DNA of 64,000 bases, taken from Sphyrna mokarran. Its lineage: Eukaryota. Below the pieces are notes generated by a model that had not been told where the DNA came from, did no database searches, and was given only the letters and a program-made list of their open reading frames with translations. The DNA lies in contig JAGIQG010000018.1 of the NCBI GenBank assembly GCA_024679065.1, positions 27,590,001 through 27,654,000 on the forward strand, written 5' to 3'. Both the position numbers and the translations under genes were made by a program. Below, piece by piece: positions 61,861-64,000 of this stretch (position 1 is the stretch's first letter; each line of letters starts with the position of its first letter).

Positions 61861-63179
61861 CTCAAAGGCCAACTATGGTATCCTTCAAAGTGTCCCCAAC
61901 ATGATGAAACTGCAGATCTCCCAATCCCTGATGCAACACATTTGAGTGAGGCTGAGAATTTTCTATTTGCAACTGGGCAGTTGAACTCATCGTTACCCTG
62001 TTCAGCAATTTGTCACTTCAACAGCTAAATGGAGAGATGTAGGGCTTATGGATATCACAAATGCGATGAGAGCTAGGAAGAAAGGAGGATGAAGTGAGGG
62101 TGAGGTTAATTAGTTCCTCCAAACCCTCTCCCTGGTCACCCTCAGAAGTGCATCTGTTTGGAGACCACTTTAGCCACTTTTCAACTTTTAATGTTTACCC
62201 ATCTGCCATCCATGTAGTGATTTCACCTGACAAGATTCTCAAATGTTCATTTTCCTTCAGCTGTGACAAGTTCAAAGGAAATGATTCATGTATTAACACA
62301 CTAGTTTACATCCCAACGTTCCTTTTGTACAAAAGCTGCAATTATTTGTTGAAAAGTTAAAAAGGCATTGTGTGCGATCTTACCAGCCATCCTGCCGTGC
62401 TCCCACTGCAGCAAGGTTGGAGAATTTGGAAAATCCTGCTGCTGTGAAAGACCGTAACATTTTGCCATCACATTGGATACAATATTGTAGCCTCTTCTTC
62501 GGAGACATGAGGCGTGAAACAAGAGATCCACATTGTGAACAGAGAGAAATATTAATTCAATATCATTTGCTGTTTCTGTTTAATTCTGCACACTGTCAAA
62601 ATGTAAAACGCTAGGCAACCACATTCACTTTGGATCATTGGATTATAACGTGAGTTTACAGCACGCCAACCAAAACATAACTTAGAGGGAAACATAATAT
62701 TGGGACCCAGCTGCATAGAATTAGAATCAGTTTAAACAAATATGGGGTCTTATAGGCCCCACTGCCAATGGAAATGGAGAATTCGGCACTCAGCCAAATC
62801 TCCTTTCACAGCAATAGGACTGGCAAATTCCAGCTGAGATGTTCTTTAAATATATACATGTGAAGATTAATTCATCCTACAAATAGCTTGGATCAATTAA
62901 TGCAGCAAGCCTACACCCATGACAGTATTATCAAGCCTTAAGTATTATTAAGTTATTCACAATTCTTTATGCTGGAGTCATTCTTGTAAGAGTCTTTGTG
63001 ACATTGCATTTTACAGTAAATAGCCTCTCTTGTGCAATACGCAGCATGCTCCACAATTGATAAACAGCTAAATAGCAATAAGCATGATTCTGGGACGCTG
63101 AATCCATTTTTCTTTTGGGATTTTGCAGCCCAAGGTTGAAACTTGCTCATGTCGTGATGTTTTTCCTTGTTGCACTTAC

Positions 63180-63225
63180 CTGAAGTAACCAGCATGTGTC
63201 ATCTATAATCTCATTTGTTGCCGTT
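63180..63225 (-). CDS. Candidate 46-nt exon on the minus strand
   Basis: Minus strand tttttaatttctacag|AACGG...CTTCAG|gtaagt; single open frame TATNEIIDDTCWLLQ. Confidence 0.3.
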
Positions 63226-63240
63226 CTGTAGAAATTAAAA

Positions 63241-63316
63241 ATGATGTGGAGATGCCGGCGTTGGACTGGGGTAAACATAGTAAGAAGTCTGACAAAACCT
63301 GATGTTGTCAGACTCC
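63241..63316 (-). mobile_element. Short family-A Penelope-like tail fragment
   Basis: ATGATGTGGAGATGCCGGCGTTGGACTGGGGT...; small fold-back AGTCTGACAA / TTGTCAGACT. Confidence 0.7.
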
Positions 63317-63677
63317 GTACTGAAATTAAAAATCCCATTGGGATACAAAATCAGGGACAACTCTGAAACATGACCTGTATCTCTTGTTTCAATAAGAGGC
63401 TCTTTCACTGCAGCACAAGATATAAGCAAGTCCTATAATACAAATAAATTAATAAAACCAACATAGCAAAGTTGTGGACCAGGTATTAGAATAGGAATAA
63501 CAGTGAGGCTATCAACGCTCACAGATATTTTAAGGTAAATCAGATAATAACTTTCAGAGATCTCTAGTTCAACGTGAAAATCTGGAAATTGCTGAACTTT
63601 TGTCCCTCTGTGAGTTTTGTCATGCCAATAACTTATAGAGCTTTGATAGTCAAACCTAAAGATCTCCAGTCACCCAC

Positions 63678-64000
63678 AAAACATAGAACATAACAGCGCA
63701 GAACAGGCCCTTCGGCCTTCGATGTTGTGCCGACCATTATAAAAAGCAATGACCCTCCAAACTAAGCTATTCCCTTTTCTTCCATAAACTTATCAACTAA
63801 CCTCTTAAACGCCACCAAACTTGGCGCATCTACAACTGCCGCAGGCAGGGCATTCCACTCCCTAACCACCCTCTGGGTAAAGAACCTACCTCTGATATCC
63901 GTCCTATAACTATCACCCCTTAATTTAAAGCTGTGTCCCCTCGTGCTAGCTTTCTCCATCCTAGGAAAAAGGCTATCACTGTCCACCCTATCTAAACCTC
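63678..64000 (-). mobile_element. Relatively young CR1 LINE 3' end (runs off the window)
   Basis: Uninterrupted ORF 63762-63986 TRGHSFKLRGDSYRTDIRGRFFTQRVVREWNALP; CpGs retained; 3' UTR tail. Confidence 0.92.

Noticed and set aside
62615-62649. Exon candidate NHIHFGSLDYN with GTGAGT donor
   Set aside because: Acceptor is preceded by an A-rich, not pyrimidine-rich, tract

Overview
Eukaryotic, AT-rich, CpG-depleted and repeat-dense DNA. The repeat content points to a shark (elasmobranch): HE1-like tRNA/V-SINEs, CR1-type LINE fragments, a DeuSINE-like copy, Rex1/Babar-like 3' ends, Penelope-like termini and PIF/Harbinger derivatives. There is no long intact ORF; the ORFs in the track are chance ORFs or transposon remnants. 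The window looks like large introns or a regulatory desert. It holds several short candidate exons with consensus splice sites (gene not recognised), including a 7-nt micro-exon. The most unusual signals are: (i) two families of Penelope-type fold-back elements carrying decayed minimal hammerhead-ribozyme cores (CTGATGA-stem-GAAA-palindrome); (ii) a near-perfect 48-bp hairpin; (iii) one SINE head found with two different 3' tails; (iv) an apparent 5'-transduction by a SINE; (v) a two-gene Harbinger fossil with nested insertions. Family names come from recalled consensus motifs, not database searches, and repeat boundaries are approximate.
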